A stretch of 64,000 bases of DNA from an uncultured Candidatus Entotheonella sp. (GCA_965215335.1 CBDCDA010000002.1:640001-704000); one strand, 5' to 3'. Positions 1-9,937 are shown, counted from the first letter of the stretch. Numbers and translations: made by a program. The notes: generated by a model from the letters alone, not told the origin.

Positions 1-282
1 ATTGAGGGTGCGCTTCCACCGGCGCACCGTGCGCCGGATCTTTTCGGGGGTCTCGAACTCGGTGAGCACGCCATGCGGCGCCAGCAGGTACATGGGGGCA
101 TGATGCAGCGAGGCGATGTAGCGGGAAGATTGGCTGTCGAAGCTGTCGAGATAGTGGTTCATGAAGGCCAGGACGTCGTCCCTGGTATCCGCCTGAGCGG
201 TCGCCGCCACCAGAAGAAACCCTGCCAAGGCCGATAGCCATGCGTTGCGATAAGCGGCGCGCGCCCGGTGCCCGTCCGTCAT
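1..282 (-). CDS. Exported hypothetical protein, possibly NTF2/SnoaL-like; partial, runs off window start
   Basis: Manual translation from ATG at 282: MTDGHRARAAYRNAWLSALAGFLLVAATAQADTRDDVLAFMNHYLDSFDS..., signal peptide ending AQA; GGAGG RBS upstream; open to position 1. Confidence 0.6.
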   Translation of the reverse strand, partial: MTDGHRARAAYRNAWLSALAGFLLVAATAQADTRDDVLAFMNHYLDSFDSQSSRYIASLHHAPMYLLAPHGVLTEFETPEKIRRTVRRWKRTLN

Positions 283-299
283 TCTTTTCCACCTCCATG

Positions 300-345
300 C
301 AAAAAAACGGGAGAAAGAGCCCGATAAGCCCCCTTCTCCCGTTGG
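300..345 (-). terminator. Intrinsic terminator after PQQ dehydrogenase
   Basis: On minus strand AACGGGAGAA...TTCTCCCGTT stem followed by a T run, about 20 nt after the stop at 367. Confidence 0.75.
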
Positions 346-366
346 TCTCAGGTCAGATCAGCAGCC

Positions 367-2130
367 TTAGGGCAGCTCGAAGACCCATACGACACCACCT
401 TGCGGCACGTGTTCCGCGTAACCCGGAATCTCCCGCCGCAGGATGTCCTGCTTGCGTTCCGCGTCAACACCCCAGCCGGACACCACGGCGACGTACTGCT
501 TGCCGTTCAGCGTGTAGGTGCTCGGGGGAGCGCCGATACCGGAGTTGGTGGGGTACTCCCACAGCACCGCACCGCTCGCCGCGTCATAGGCGCGGAACAT
601 GCGGTCGTTGGTGCCGCCGGCGAATAGCAGGCCGCCGCCGGTGGACAGGATCGGACCCCAGTTGTGGTGCTTGAAGGTGTGCTTCCACACCTCGTTCTTG
701 TTGCTCACGTCCCAGGCCTGGATTTCGCCGATGTGCTCCCAGCCTTCACGCAGGTAGAAGCCTTCGACCAGTTCCGGGATGTTCACGCCGAGCCACAGCT
801 CACCGGCAACGTATTCCGACTCATCGCCGGCCATGGTGCTGCAGATGTTCTCGTTGGCCGGGATGTAGAGCAGGCCGCTGGCCGGGCTGTACGACACGTA
901 CGGCCAGTCCTTGCCGCCCCACAGGGAGGGGCAGAACGGCGCGCTCACGTTCGTCTTCGGCCAGTGGGCGTCATCATAAGTGAAGCGTCCGGTCTCGGGA
1001 TCAATGGCGGTAACCACGTCGTTGTACACGTAGGTCCACGCGTCGACGAACCCGATGGGGCCTTCCGGGGAGGGTTCCAGAACGAAAATGTGGCCGTTGC
1101 GCGCCACGTTGACGAGGGCCTTGAAGGTACGGCCGCCGTAGGTGAGATCAGCGAGAACCGGCGGGGAAACCTCGTCCCAGTCCCAGGAATCGTTCCAGTG
1201 ATACTGGTGGTGGCCGATGATCTGGCCGCTTTCGAGATTCAGGGCGATAACGGAGGTGGTGTACAGATTATCCAGGCTGCCGCGCCGGTCGCCGGCCCAT
1301 GGTGCGCCGTTGCCAACGCCCCAGTAGACGATGCCGGTCTCGGCATCGAAGATGCCGGTGCTCCAGGTGGAGCCGCCGCCCGTCTGCCAGGAGTCTGCCG
1401 TCCAGGTCTCATGGCCCGGCTCGCCAGGAGCGGGGATCGTGTAGGTACGCCACGCCTGGGTGCCGTCGTCCACATTGTAGGCTGCTACGTAACCGCGGAT
1501 GCCGAACTCGCCGCCGGATACGCCAACGAGCACCTTGCCCTGAGCGGTCAGGGGCGCCAGGGTCATGTAGTAACCCGTCTGGTAGTCGTCGACCGCCACT
1601 TCCCAATTCACCTCGCCGGTCTTGGCGTCGAGCGCCACCAGGAAGCAGTCCGTGGTGGCCACGAACACCTGGTCGCCATACAGGCCGGGGCCGCGGTTGG
1701 TCGGGTGAATCTCGACCAGATCCTCGGGCTTCTCACGCCTGTAGCGCCAAATCTCCGCACCGGTCGCCGCGTCGAGAGCAATCACCTGGTTGCTCGGCGT
1801 GGTGACGAACATGACGCCGTCGTTGACGACGGGCGGTGCCTGGTGGCCTTCCACCACGCCAGTCGAGAACAACCACGACGGCCGCAGGCTCGCCACGTTG
1901 CCGGTGTTGATCTGATCCAGGGAGCTATGCATCCAGCCTTGGTAGTTGCCGCGAATCTGCAGCCAGTTATGCGGTTCCTGGTTGGCCAGCCGCTCGTCCG
2001 TTACGGTACTGTAATCCGCTATCGGTCCCGGCGTCGGAGTCGGCGGAACATCCTGGGCCGCGGCGCTGAACGCCATGGCCAGGCTGATCACGAACGCGAC
2101 CGCCAGGGCCGTGAAGGTTCTACTGGACAT
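367..2130 (-). CDS. Periplasmic PQQ-dependent dehydrogenase (methanol/ethanol family)
   Basis: Signal peptide; repeated A(L/Y)DAxTG..W propeller motifs; GGEFGIRG, GNGAPW, WDWD, CPSLWGGKDW. Confidence 0.92.
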   Translation of the reverse strand: MSSRTFTALAVAFVISLAMAFSAAAQDVPPTPTPGPIADYSTVTDERLANQEPHNWLQIRGNYQGWMHSSLDQINTGNVASLRPSWLFSTGVVEGHQAPPVVNDGVMFVTTPSNQVIALDAATGAEIWRYRREKPEDLVEIHPTNRGPGLYGDQVFVATTDCFLVALDAKTGEVNWEVAVDDYQTGYYMTLAPLTAQGKVLVGVSGGEFGIRGYVAAYNVDDGTQAWRTYTIPAPGEPGHETWTADSWQTGGGSTWSTGIFDAETGIVYWGVGNGAPWAGDRRGSLDNLYTTSVIALNLESGQIIGHHQYHWNDSWDWDEVSPPVLADLTYGGRTFKALVNVARNGHIFVLEPSPEGPIGFVDAWTYVYNDVVTAIDPETGRFTYDDAHWPKTNVSAPFCPSLWGGKDWPYVSYSPASGLLYIPANENICSTMAGDESEYVAGELWLGVNIPELVEGFYLREGWEHIGEIQAWDVSNKNEVWKHTFKHHNWGPILSTGGGLLFAGGTNDRMFRAYDAASGAVLWEYPTNSGIGAPPSTYTLNGKQYVAVVSGWGVDAERKQDILRREIPGYAEHVPQGGVVWVFELP

Positions 2131-2196
2131 AATCCCTCCTTAAAAGAGTGGAATCGTTCCCAAACGGGAACGTACTTGCTTTCTGCGATGGCAGAC

Positions 2197-2225
2197 AGCA
2201 TAGCGGCTGGTCTTGCGACTGGCAA
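2197..2225 (-). promoter_or_regulatory. Putative sigma70 promoter of PQQ dehydrogenase
   Basis: Minus strand TTGCCA-N17-TATGCT; perfect inverted repeat CGTTCCC-aaac-GGGAACG at 2155-2172 between it and the RBS. Confidence 0.45.
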
Positions 2226-2347
2226 TGAAAAAAACGGCTGCCGGGCTTGCCGGAGGCTCGGTTTACATCCTTTCGGCGAGCACGTAGAGTAGCGGGCCTT
2301 GTTGGCCCGCCCATGATTCCCGGCTCGTCACGGAGGCAAAGCAGGCG

Positions 2348-3958
2348 ATGCAGCAGAGCGCTGCGGTACGGACGACCCCCGCCGGCAAGTGGATCATTGC
2401 CGGCACCGTGGTTCTGGGCTCGTTCGTGTCGGTGATGGACATCAGCATCGTCAACGTGGCGATGCCGCAGATGATCAGCACCTTCGGCGTGTCGCTGGAC
2501 GCCATCACCTGGGTAGCGGTGGCCTACAGCATCACCGAGATCATCCTCGTCACCATGGCCGCCTGGTTCAGCACCCTGATGGGCCGCAAGCGCTTCTTCA
2601 TCGCCTCTTTCATTCTGTTCACCGCCGCCTCCCTCCTGTGCGGCCTGGCCCGCTCCCTCGAAATGATGATCCTGGCGCGCATCCTGCAAGGCATCGGCGG
2701 CGGCGGGCTCATCCCGGTATCGCAGGCCATCATGCTGGAGACCTTCCCGGAGGAGGAACGCGGCATGGCGATGGCGCTGTTCGCCACGGGGGTGAGTATC
2801 GCGCCGGCAGTCGGACCGGTGCTGGGCGGCTGGCTGACCGACCAGTACGGCTGGCCGTGGATTTTCTACATCAACCTGCCGCTGGGAGCTATCGGCGTCG
2901 GCCTGTCCATCGTCGTGCTTGCCGACCCGCCACACCTGCAACGCACCCTGGCGCGCATCGACGTGCCGGGCATCATTCTGCTGGCCGTGGGTCTGACGGC
3001 CCTGCAACTGTTCCTGGAGCGCGGCGAGCGCGAGCAGTGGTTCGATTCGTCCTTCATCGTGATGCTGGCAGCCATCGCGGGGGTATCCCTGGCGGTACTG
3101 GTGGTGTGGGAACTGTCTGCCGAGGAGCCGGTCATCCACCTGCGGCTGCTCAGGAACGTGCCCTTCAGCGCCGGTATCGGCATGGGGTTCTTGTTCGGTA
3201 TCACCCTGTTCGGCAGCGTCTTCGTACTGCCGTTGTTCCTGCAGCGCCTGCAGGGCTATTCGGTGATGGATTCAGGGCTGCTGCAGCTGCCGCGCGCGCT
3301 GATCATGCTGGTGGTGACACCCATCGCCGGACGGCTTTACAACTCGGTGGACAGCCGCCTGCTCATCAGCTTCGGCGTGCTGCTGATGATGGTGGGCTAT
3401 CTGGACATGTCGGGCTTCACGCTGGACATGGGCTGGACGCACATGATGACCAGTTTTCTGCTCACTGGCGCCGGCATGTCGTTCATGTTCGGGCCGATGT
3501 CGGCGGTAGTCATGCGCACCGTGCCGCTGCGGTCCCTGACCGCAGCCACCAGCCTGTACACGCTCGGGCGCCGGATCGGCGGTAACGTCGGTTACGCCCT
3601 CGTCGCCAGCCAGGTGCATCATCGGGCCGCCTTTCACAAGGCTCGCCTCGCGGATCACGTGACGCCCTACGACACCAGCACGCATCAACTGCTCGACGGA
3701 CTCGCTGGACGGCTCGGCAGCGGCCCCGGCCTGGCGCCGGGAACGGCGGAGCGCGGCGCCCTGCGACTGCTGGACGGCACCGTGACCCGCCACGCCACCA
3801 TGATGGCCTACAACGACGTGTTCTGGATGATGGGCATGCTGTTCATTCTGAGCATTCCGTTCCTGCTGATGCTCAGTCGCGGCAGCGGCCGCCCCGCCCA
3901 GACCCGCAAAGCGGCGGAACAGCGCGGAGAGGCCGTCAGCCGACGGCGAGGGCCTTGA
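2348..3958 (+). CDS. DHA2 family MFS efflux permease (EmrB/QacA)
   Basis: MDISIVNVAMP, RILQGIGGG, APAVGPVLGGWLTD..GWPWIFYINLP; many TM segments. Confidence 0.92.
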   Translation: MQQSAAVRTTPAGKWIIAGTVVLGSFVSVMDISIVNVAMPQMISTFGVSLDAITWVAVAYSITEIILVTMAAWFSTLMGRKRFFIASFILFTAASLLCGLARSLEMMILARILQGIGGGGLIPVSQAIMLETFPEEERGMAMALFATGVSIAPAVGPVLGGWLTDQYGWPWIFYINLPLGAIGVGLSIVVLADPPHLQRTLARIDVPGIILLAVGLTALQLFLERGEREQWFDSSFIVMLAAIAGVSLAVLVVWELSAEEPVIHLRLLRNVPFSAGIGMGFLFGITLFGSVFVLPLFLQRLQGYSVMDSGLLQLPRALIMLVVTPIAGRLYNSVDSRLLISFGVLLMMVGYLDMSGFTLDMGWTHMMTSFLLTGAGMSFMFGPMSAVVMRTVPLRSLTAATSLYTLGRRIGGNVGYALVASQVHHRAAFHKARLADHVTPYDTSTHQLLDGLAGRLGSGPGLAPGTAERGALRLLDGTVTRHATMMAYNDVFWMMGMLFILSIPFLLMLSRGSGRPAQTRKAAEQRGEAVSRRRGP

Positions 3959-3974
3959 TCTGGACGGCCAGCAG

Positions 3975-4132
3975 CTTCGCCTTCCACGATCTGGTAGCGC
4001 CGCCCGCTGATGACGCCGGGAAAGCGCTCCGGCGCCTTGGGCAGATGGTCCTCGTTGTACCAGCGGTTGAACGCTGCCTCCGCCTCCGGCTTCACCTTTC
4101 GCCATGACGACGAACAACCCTTTCTTGTCCAT
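3975..4132 (-). pseudogene. Frameshifted, truncated EthD/DUF4286-like small protein
   Basis: MDKKGLFVVMAK, then one extra base near 4098; other frame continues VKPEAEAAFNRWYNEDHLP...PGVISGRRYQIVEG; RBS upstream. Confidence 0.55.
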
Positions 4133-4567
4133 TCCTGAGACCTCCATGCGGGCTCTGGTTGACAGGTTTTGGTCCCATCAGCCGGAATGCGCCACCCGGC
4201 GCATCCGGCATCAGCAACACGCACCGGCAGTTCTTCAACGCCTTGATTGACGGGCGTGCCAGCAACGTCAATCGCCGCGCTTTCACCCCCCGACAGTCCG
4301 CCAGGACGGCGCAGTGCTTTCCAAGACACGACGCCGGACGGACCATAATGCCATTTGCCGCGTCCGTTCGCGCCTCGACTGACGGTTTCGACACCATCGG
4401 CGAATCGCAACCGCACCGACATCACCTGACTTGTTCGAGCCGGACTTCCGGGGACTCACTCCGATTTTGATCTTTCCGCTTCCTGAAGGCAAAATTGCCG
4501 GGCAGACAGCGAAACGACAGAGCGGGCATGGATTGCCCGGCGGGGCCTGATCGGTTAAAGGATACGG

Positions 4568-5518
4568 ATGGAATTCAAGGACTACTATCAGACGCTGGGA
4601 GTTGGGCGTGACGCCGGACCGGACGAGATCAAGCGCTCGTACCGCCGGCTCGCACGCAGATATCATCCAGACGTGAACAACGAACCGGGGGCGGAACAAC
4701 GCTTCAAGGAGATCCAGGAGGCCCACGAGGTGCTCAAGGATCCGGAAAAGCGTGCCGCGTACGACCGCTTCGGAGCCGACTGGAAGGCCGGCCAGGAATT
4801 CCGGCCCCCGCCCGATTGGGCGCCCGGTGTCGATTTTGCCGGTGGCGGGTACACCGATGCCGGGGACTTCAGCGATTTCTTTGAATCGTTGTTCGGTGGC
4901 GCCGGACACCGGCGCTCGGGTGGCGGACACACCCACGTCCGCATGAAAGGTGAAGACCTCCACGCCAAGGTCGTGATGCCGCTCGAAGACGTCTATCGCG
5001 GCACGACACGCAGCCTGTCCCTCCAGCGCCCGGAACTCGACGAGCGGGGTCGTTTGGTCACCCGGACGCACACGCTGAACGTGAAGGTCCCAAGAGGCGT
5101 CACCGAGGGTCAGCGTATCCGGCTCGCCGGTCAGGGCGGTCCGGGACTGGGCGGCGCATCGGCGGGTGACCTGTACCTCGAGGTGGTTCTCGAACCCCAC
5201 CGGCTCTATCACGTCGTCGGGCGCGACGTGTACGTCGACCTGCCTGTCGCGCCATGGGAAGCCGCTCTCGGTGAGACCGTTACCGTGCCGACCCTTGGCG
5301 GCACGGTGGATCTCAAGATCCCGTCGGGCTCGCAGTCGGGGACCAGCCTGCGGCTGCAAGGGCGGGGGCTGCCCGGCACCCCGGCCGGTGACCAGTATGT
5401 CGTGCTGAAAGTCCTGGCACCGAAGGCGGAAACGGAAAGAGCGCGTGCGCTGTATGCTCAGATGAAGCGTGAGATGGCGTTCAACCCGCGAGCGAACCTT
5501 GAAGGAAGAACCGAATGA
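4568..5518 (+). CDS. cbpA: DnaJ-class curved DNA-binding chaperone
   Basis: MEFKDYY start, J domain with HPD, DnaJ_C domain, no zinc finger; followed by cbpM. Confidence 0.9.
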   Translation: MEFKDYYQTLGVGRDAGPDEIKRSYRRLARRYHPDVNNEPGAEQRFKEIQEAHEVLKDPEKRAAYDRFGADWKAGQEFRPPPDWAPGVDFAGGGYTDAGDFSDFFESLFGGAGHRRSGGGHTHVRMKGEDLHAKVVMPLEDVYRGTTRSLSLQRPELDERGRLVTRTHTLNVKVPRGVTEGQRIRLAGQGGPGLGGASAGDLYLEVVLEPHRLYHVVGRDVYVDLPVAPWEAALGETVTVPTLGGTVDLKIPSGSQSGTSLRLQGRGLPGTPAGDQYVVLKVLAPKAETERARALYAQMKREMAFNPRANLEGRTE

Positions 5519-5868
5519 AGCGATACGACGCGAAGAACCTGACGGGCACGCTGCTCGACGAACAGGCGGTCTTCACCCTGCACGAACTTTGCCGGGCCTG
5601 TGGCGTCCACGCCGAACTGGTCATCGAGATGGTCGAGGAAGGCGTGCTGGAGCCCCGAGGCGGCACCGCCGCCGAGTGGCGCTTTGCGGGCAGCGCGGTG
5701 ACCCGCGCCCAGAAAGCGCTGAACCTCGCGCGCGACCTGCGGGTGAATTGGCCGGGCGCGGCGCTGGCGCTCGACTTGCTGGAAGAGCTGGAGCAACTGC
5801 GTCTTGACCAGCGCGCGGCGAGGCGCCGGGTCGCAGGGATGCGCGGCGCCGGCCACCGGCTGCGTTGA
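5515..5868 (+). CDS. cbpM: Chaperone modulator CbpM
   Basis: ATGA overlap with cbpA; ELCRACG...VEEGVLEP...DLRVNWPGAALALDLL. Confidence 0.88.
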   Translation: MKRYDAKNLTGTLLDEQAVFTLHELCRACGVHAELVIEMVEEGVLEPRGGTAAEWRFAGSAVTRAQKALNLARDLRVNWPGAALALDLLEELEQLRLDQRAARRRVAGMRGAGHRLR

Positions 5869-5909
5869 AGGGTCATTCAACGAGGAAAAACGAAGATGAG
5901 CACACTGCA

Positions 5910-6860
5910 TCAATTGCTTTCCCCTTTCGCCAGACCCCGCCCCAAGAGCTTGCGCCCGCGCCGGCGCAGCCCGGCGAGCCGGCCGGGAAGCCGGCGCAAG
6001 GTGATCTGACCGGCGCGCTGGCGGACGACCTGCGCGTTGCCAGCCAGCATGTAGACGTGCAGCTTGCGCAGCGCCGCCGGGTCCTGGCCGAACGGCGCCG
6101 CCAGGGCCTGGCGGCGGAACGATTCCCACGTATTCCAGCGGCGCGCCTTGCCGTTGCAGAACAGCACGGCGCCGCCGGCCTCTTGAACCAGCACGGCGCC
6201 AGCTACCATGTCCCACAGGCGTGCGCCGCTGATGACAGCCAGCTGAAACGTGCCGCGCGCCGCGTAGGCGAGCTCGTATGCGATGCTGCCCGCCGAGCGC
6301 ACGTTGAGGCGCTGCACCCTGGCGCCGCGTTGCACGCGGTACTGGTGCAGCATCCAGCCCGGCGTGCTGGCCAGGCGCGTGCCGTCCGGCACGTCGTCCC
6401 TGGCCGCCTGCATGGGCTCGTCGTTGCAACACGCGCCGCCGCCCGCCCGGGCCCGGAAAATCGTGCCGCCCGGACCCTCCCACGGCACCGCAACGACGCC
6501 GAGCACCGGCACGCCGCGAAAGCACAGACCCATGGAGACGGCGAAAGCGGGCAGACCGGCGGCAAAGTTCGTGGTGCCGTCGAGGGGATCCAGGAACCAC
6601 AGGTAATCGGCTCCGGGATTGACGGCGTCTTCGGCTTCCTCGCCGATGATGCCGTGGTCGGGGAAGGCGCGGCTCAGGGCGTTCCGAAGCAGCGCCTCGG
6701 AACGCCGGTCGGCCTCGGTGACCGGCGACTGCTGGCCCTTTTCCTTGAATTCCACCTCGAGGGGGCGCCGGAAGTACGACAGCAGAACGGCGCCAGCCTC
6801 CTGAACGGCCTGCACACACACGGCCTCAGCATCGATCAATACCTGGCGCTCGGCCTGCAT
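5910..6860 (-). CDS. Inositol monophosphatase family protein
   Basis: VTEADR, IIGEE, WFLDPLDGTTNF, WDMVAG; start placed at MQAERQ. Confidence 0.9.
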   Translation of the reverse strand: MQAERQVLIDAEAVCVQAVQEAGAVLLSYFRRPLEVEFKEKGQQSPVTEADRRSEALLRNALSRAFPDHGIIGEEAEDAVNPGADYLWFLDPLDGTTNFAAGLPAFAVSMGLCFRGVPVLGVVAVPWEGPGGTIFRARAGGGACCNDEPMQAARDDVPDGTRLASTPGWMLHQYRVQRGARVQRLNVRSAGSIAYELAYAARGTFQLAVISGARLWDMVAGAVLVQEAGGAVLFCNGKARRWNTWESFRRQALAAPFGQDPAALRKLHVYMLAGNAQVVRQRAGQITLRRLPGRLAGLRRRGRKLLGRGLAKGESN

Positions 6861-6876
6861 CGTCGCGGTTTCTCCT

Positions 6877-7377
6877 TCAACCCTCATCGTCCGACGATTG
6901 CGCGCCCGCGCGCCGCAAGCCGTGAAACGTCTCGCGAATGGCATCGGCGGCGACGGCGACGCCGAGGCTGTGCTCGGCCGTTTCCGCGAACTGCGCCTGG
7001 TCATGCAGACGGGCGGCCAGCACCGCCGCCACCTCGGCAATTTCGGCGGCACTCGACGATTCGGCAAAGGCCCGCATGTCAGCGTCCTCGGCATGAGACA
7101 GGCAGTTGCCGACATGCTGCGCCAGCACCGTGTATTCGATACCGCGCTGGTACAACGCCCGCAGCGGCGGCACGTGTCGTCCCAGGTAGCACTGCCCGAA
7201 GTGCAGCACCTTGTAGGGAATGCCCTCGTGCGTCTCGTCCAGCTCGCGGCGCGGCTCCAGGCCGTGTTCCCGCAGGTAGTCCAGCACCCACGGGTCCTCC
7301 GGGTCGGCGCGCTGCCGGTTGAAATACAGCTTGAAGCGCACCATCGTCAGGCCGTTGGGTTCGGTTTCGACAATCAT
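6877..7377 (-). CDS. Hypothetical protein
   Basis: ORF tightly packed between HAD and IMPase genes on the same strand; protein-like composition. Confidence 0.7.
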   Translation of the reverse strand: MIVETEPNGLTMVRFKLYFNRQRADPEDPWVLDYLREHGLEPRRELDETHEGIPYKVLHFGQCYLGRHVPPLRALYQRGIEYTVLAQHVGNCLSHAEDADMRAFAESSSAAEIAEVAAVLAARLHDQAQFAETAEHSLGVAVAADAIRETFHGLRRAGAQSSDDEG

Positions 7378-7381
7378 CGCA

Positions 7382-8086
7382 CTATCCCTCGCCAGCGCTG
7401 GAGCCGAGCCCCAGGCATTCAAGCACCGCCTGCTGGTCGCTCAGGTCGGCAAAACAGTGGTCCGGCTGATGGGCTTGCAGAGCTTGGAGCGAATAATTTC
7501 CCGTTGCCACCGCCACGGCCCGCACGCCGTGCGCTCGCGCACAGTCGACGTCGCGCGGCGTGTCGCCGATCACAAAGGTGCGCTCTGGCGCGATGTACGT
7601 CACGCAGTACTGCCGGGCACGCAACTGGGCCACCTGCACCAGGGCCTTGCGGTCCTCGTTGTCGCTGCCGTAGGCGCCGATGCGGAAGTAGTGCAGGATG
7701 CCGAACGACTCCAGCTTGAGATGTGCCCCGGTGACGAAATTGCCGGTCAGCAGGCCGAGAACGACGTCCTCGCTGGTCGCAATGGCGTCGAGCAAGCCCG
7801 GCAGCCCCGGCTTGAGGTGGCGCGGGCGGTCGGATTCCTTCAGGGTGTCCTGCAGGTGGCGGACGTAACCGTCGTGAAAGGCCTGCAGGTCGCGTTCGGC
7901 CGGGTCGATGCCGGCGGACTCCCAGGCTTCCCGCAGGATCGCCGGATCGGTCTTGCCGGACATCTCGATGCCGGCAAAGGCGTCCGCAACGCCGTGGATT
8001 TCTTCGAAGGCCCTGCCCATGGCGTCGCCCCCGGCGAAGCCGGTGCTCACGAGGGTGCCGTCGATATCGAAAAGGATGAGTGTCAT
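7382..8086 (-). CDS. HAD family hydrolase
   Basis: LFDIDGTL, LLTGN, VIGDTPRD motifs. Confidence 0.9.
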   Translation of the reverse strand: MTLILFDIDGTLVSTGFAGGDAMGRAFEEIHGVADAFAGIEMSGKTDPAILREAWESAGIDPAERDLQAFHDGYVRHLQDTLKESDRPRHLKPGLPGLLDAIATSEDVVLGLLTGNFVTGAHLKLESFGILHYFRIGAYGSDNEDRKALVQVAQLRARQYCVTYIAPERTFVIGDTPRDVDCARAHGVRAVAVATGNYSLQALQAHQPDHCFADLSDQQAVLECLGLGSSAGEG

Positions 8087-8287
8087 GCTCACCGGATTTC
8101 CCTCCCAAAGGGCCTGTCAATCAAGGCAGATAAATGACGTGGACGCCTATCTAAACCACGCGGTACCGGCGTGTGTCAAGGTTCTTTGGCTGGCGAGCCT
8201 TGCGTCAGGCGCGGAGCTGTCGGTGCCCCGGGCGATCTGCTACCATTTGCGTTTCGCTGATCCGAACCTGCTACCGAAGGGACGACC

Positions 8288-8656
8288 GTGTCCGGAATTC
8301 TTGACCGACTTGTGCAGAACGCCCGCGCCCACCTGCATGACTTCCTGCAACGGCACGTTCTCACAGCGCCCATCGAGGCGCCACGGCAGGACGCCGACGC
8401 CGGGCCGCACGATCCGTGCGGCCCCTTGCCCCGCAACGCCGAACTCGCGGATGCCTACCGGCTCCTCGACCTGCCCTTCGGGGCGCCGCTGGCGGACGCC
8501 AACAGGCGCTGGAAGACTTACCTGAAACGCTGTCATCCAGACCGCTTTCACGCCGACCCGAGCCGACAGACCGAGGCCACCGAACTCACCCAGCAACTGA
8601 ACACGGCCTACGACCTTATCGAAACCGCCTGGAAGAATGCCAGCAGGGCGGATTAG
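8288..8656 (+). CDS. Small J-domain protein
   Basis: C-terminal AYRLLDL...CHPDRF...QLNTAYDLI. Confidence 0.75.
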   Translation: MSGILDRLVQNARAHLHDFLQRHVLTAPIEAPRQDADAGPHDPCGPLPRNAELADAYRLLDLPFGAPLADANRRWKTYLKRCHPDRFHADPSRQTEATELTQQLNTAYDLIETAWKNASRAD

Positions 8657-8699
8657 CGTCGGTGCACTCTGAACGTCACGAAGTCCGGGAGGAAACGCA

Positions 8700-9737
8700 A
8701 TGCCCACTCTGGCACCACGGGAACTGCGGCGGATCGGCACGGACGTCTTGCAGGCCGCCGGGGCGTCCGACGAAGAAGCGCAAATCGTCATGGAGCACCT
8801 GGTGGGAGCGAATCTCGCCGGGCACGACTCGCACGGCATCATTCTGCTGCCCACCTACGTCGCGCGCATCAAGCGGTCCCATATCGTGCCCGGGGCGCCC
8901 ATGCAGGTGGAGCGCGAAACGCCGAACAGCGCCCGCATCAACGGCAACTGGGGTTTCGGCTACGTGGTCACCACGCGGGCCATGGAAATGGCCATCGCCA
9001 AGGCCCGCGAACGGCAGGTGGCGGCCATCACCATCTACCAGCAAAGCCACGTCGGGCGCCTGGCCGATTACCCCCTGATGGCCGCCCGCGCCGGCATGAT
9101 CGGGCTGCTCACCTGCGACTCCGGGCGCGGCCCCAAGGCCGTGGCGCCATACGGCGGGCGCGCGGCGCGCCTCGGCACCAACCCGCTCTCGGTGGCCTTC
9201 CCCAGCGACCTCGAGGGGCCGGTCTTCCTCGACATGGCCACCAGCGCCGTGGCCGCCGGCAAGCTGGCCGTGCGCCGCAGCCGCGGCGAAGCGGCGCCGC
9301 CCGGCTGGGTGATCGACAAGCACGGAAATCCCACCACCGACCTCGGCGTCTACGACGACGGCGGCGCCATCCTGCCCATGGGCGGCGATCAGGCGCACAA
9401 GGGCTTCGTGCTGTCGTTCATGGTCGAAACACTGTCCGGCATTCTCACCGGCCTCGGCTTCGGCATCGACCCGCAAGGGCGGCACAACGACGGCACCTTC
9501 CTGGCCGTGTTCGACGTCGAAGCGTTCCGATCTCTTGCGGAGTTCAAGCGCGACATCGCCGCTTTCGTCGACTACCTCAAGGCCACCCCGCCGGCGGCAG
9601 GCTTCACCGAAGTGCTCTACCCCGGCGAACTGGAATTCCGCACCACGCAGCAGCGCCAACGCGACGGCATCTACGTGGAGGACGCCACCTGGGACCTGAT
9701 TGCCGGGCTGCAGCAGGAGTACGGCCTGAGCGGATGA
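8700..9737 (+). CDS. Ldh_2 family oxidoreductase (malate/L-lactate/sulfolactate dehydrogenase-like)
   Basis: GHDSHG, SHVGRL, GTNPL, LDMATS, HKGF, YPGE. Confidence 0.9.
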   Translation: MPTLAPRELRRIGTDVLQAAGASDEEAQIVMEHLVGANLAGHDSHGIILLPTYVARIKRSHIVPGAPMQVERETPNSARINGNWGFGYVVTTRAMEMAIAKARERQVAAITIYQQSHVGRLADYPLMAARAGMIGLLTCDSGRGPKAVAPYGGRAARLGTNPLSVAFPSDLEGPVFLDMATSAVAAGKLAVRRSRGEAAPPGWVIDKHGNPTTDLGVYDDGGAILPMGGDQAHKGFVLSFMVETLSGILTGLGFGIDPQGRHNDGTFLAVFDVEAFRSLAEFKRDIAAFVDYLKATPPAAGFTEVLYPGELEFRTTQQRQRDGIYVEDATWDLIAGLQQEYGLSG

Positions 9738-9937
9738 CATGCCCCCGGGCGGTTGCAGCGGCAACGGCAATCATGCAGACTTGTGCGGTCTTGTCGCCAC
9801 CAGCCTGCGGGCAACACGCCTCTCCGCCCCGGAGCCCCGGCGAACAGCGCTGATAGCGGTTTTCGCCTGACAATGTGGCAAACCTGTCCACCTCGCTCTC
9901 CCCGGCGAAAACCAGACATGCGAACGCAAACCGCTAT

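Noticed and set aside
664..2292. Long antisense ORFs (also 11853-14111, 24775-26223, 30144-31715, 40058-41956)
   Set aside because: Shadows of high-GC genes on the opposite strand; no recognisable motifs
4159..4470. 103-aa ORF upstream of cbpA
   Set aside because: TTG start without RBS and no motif; probably intergenic or an unidentifiable remnant
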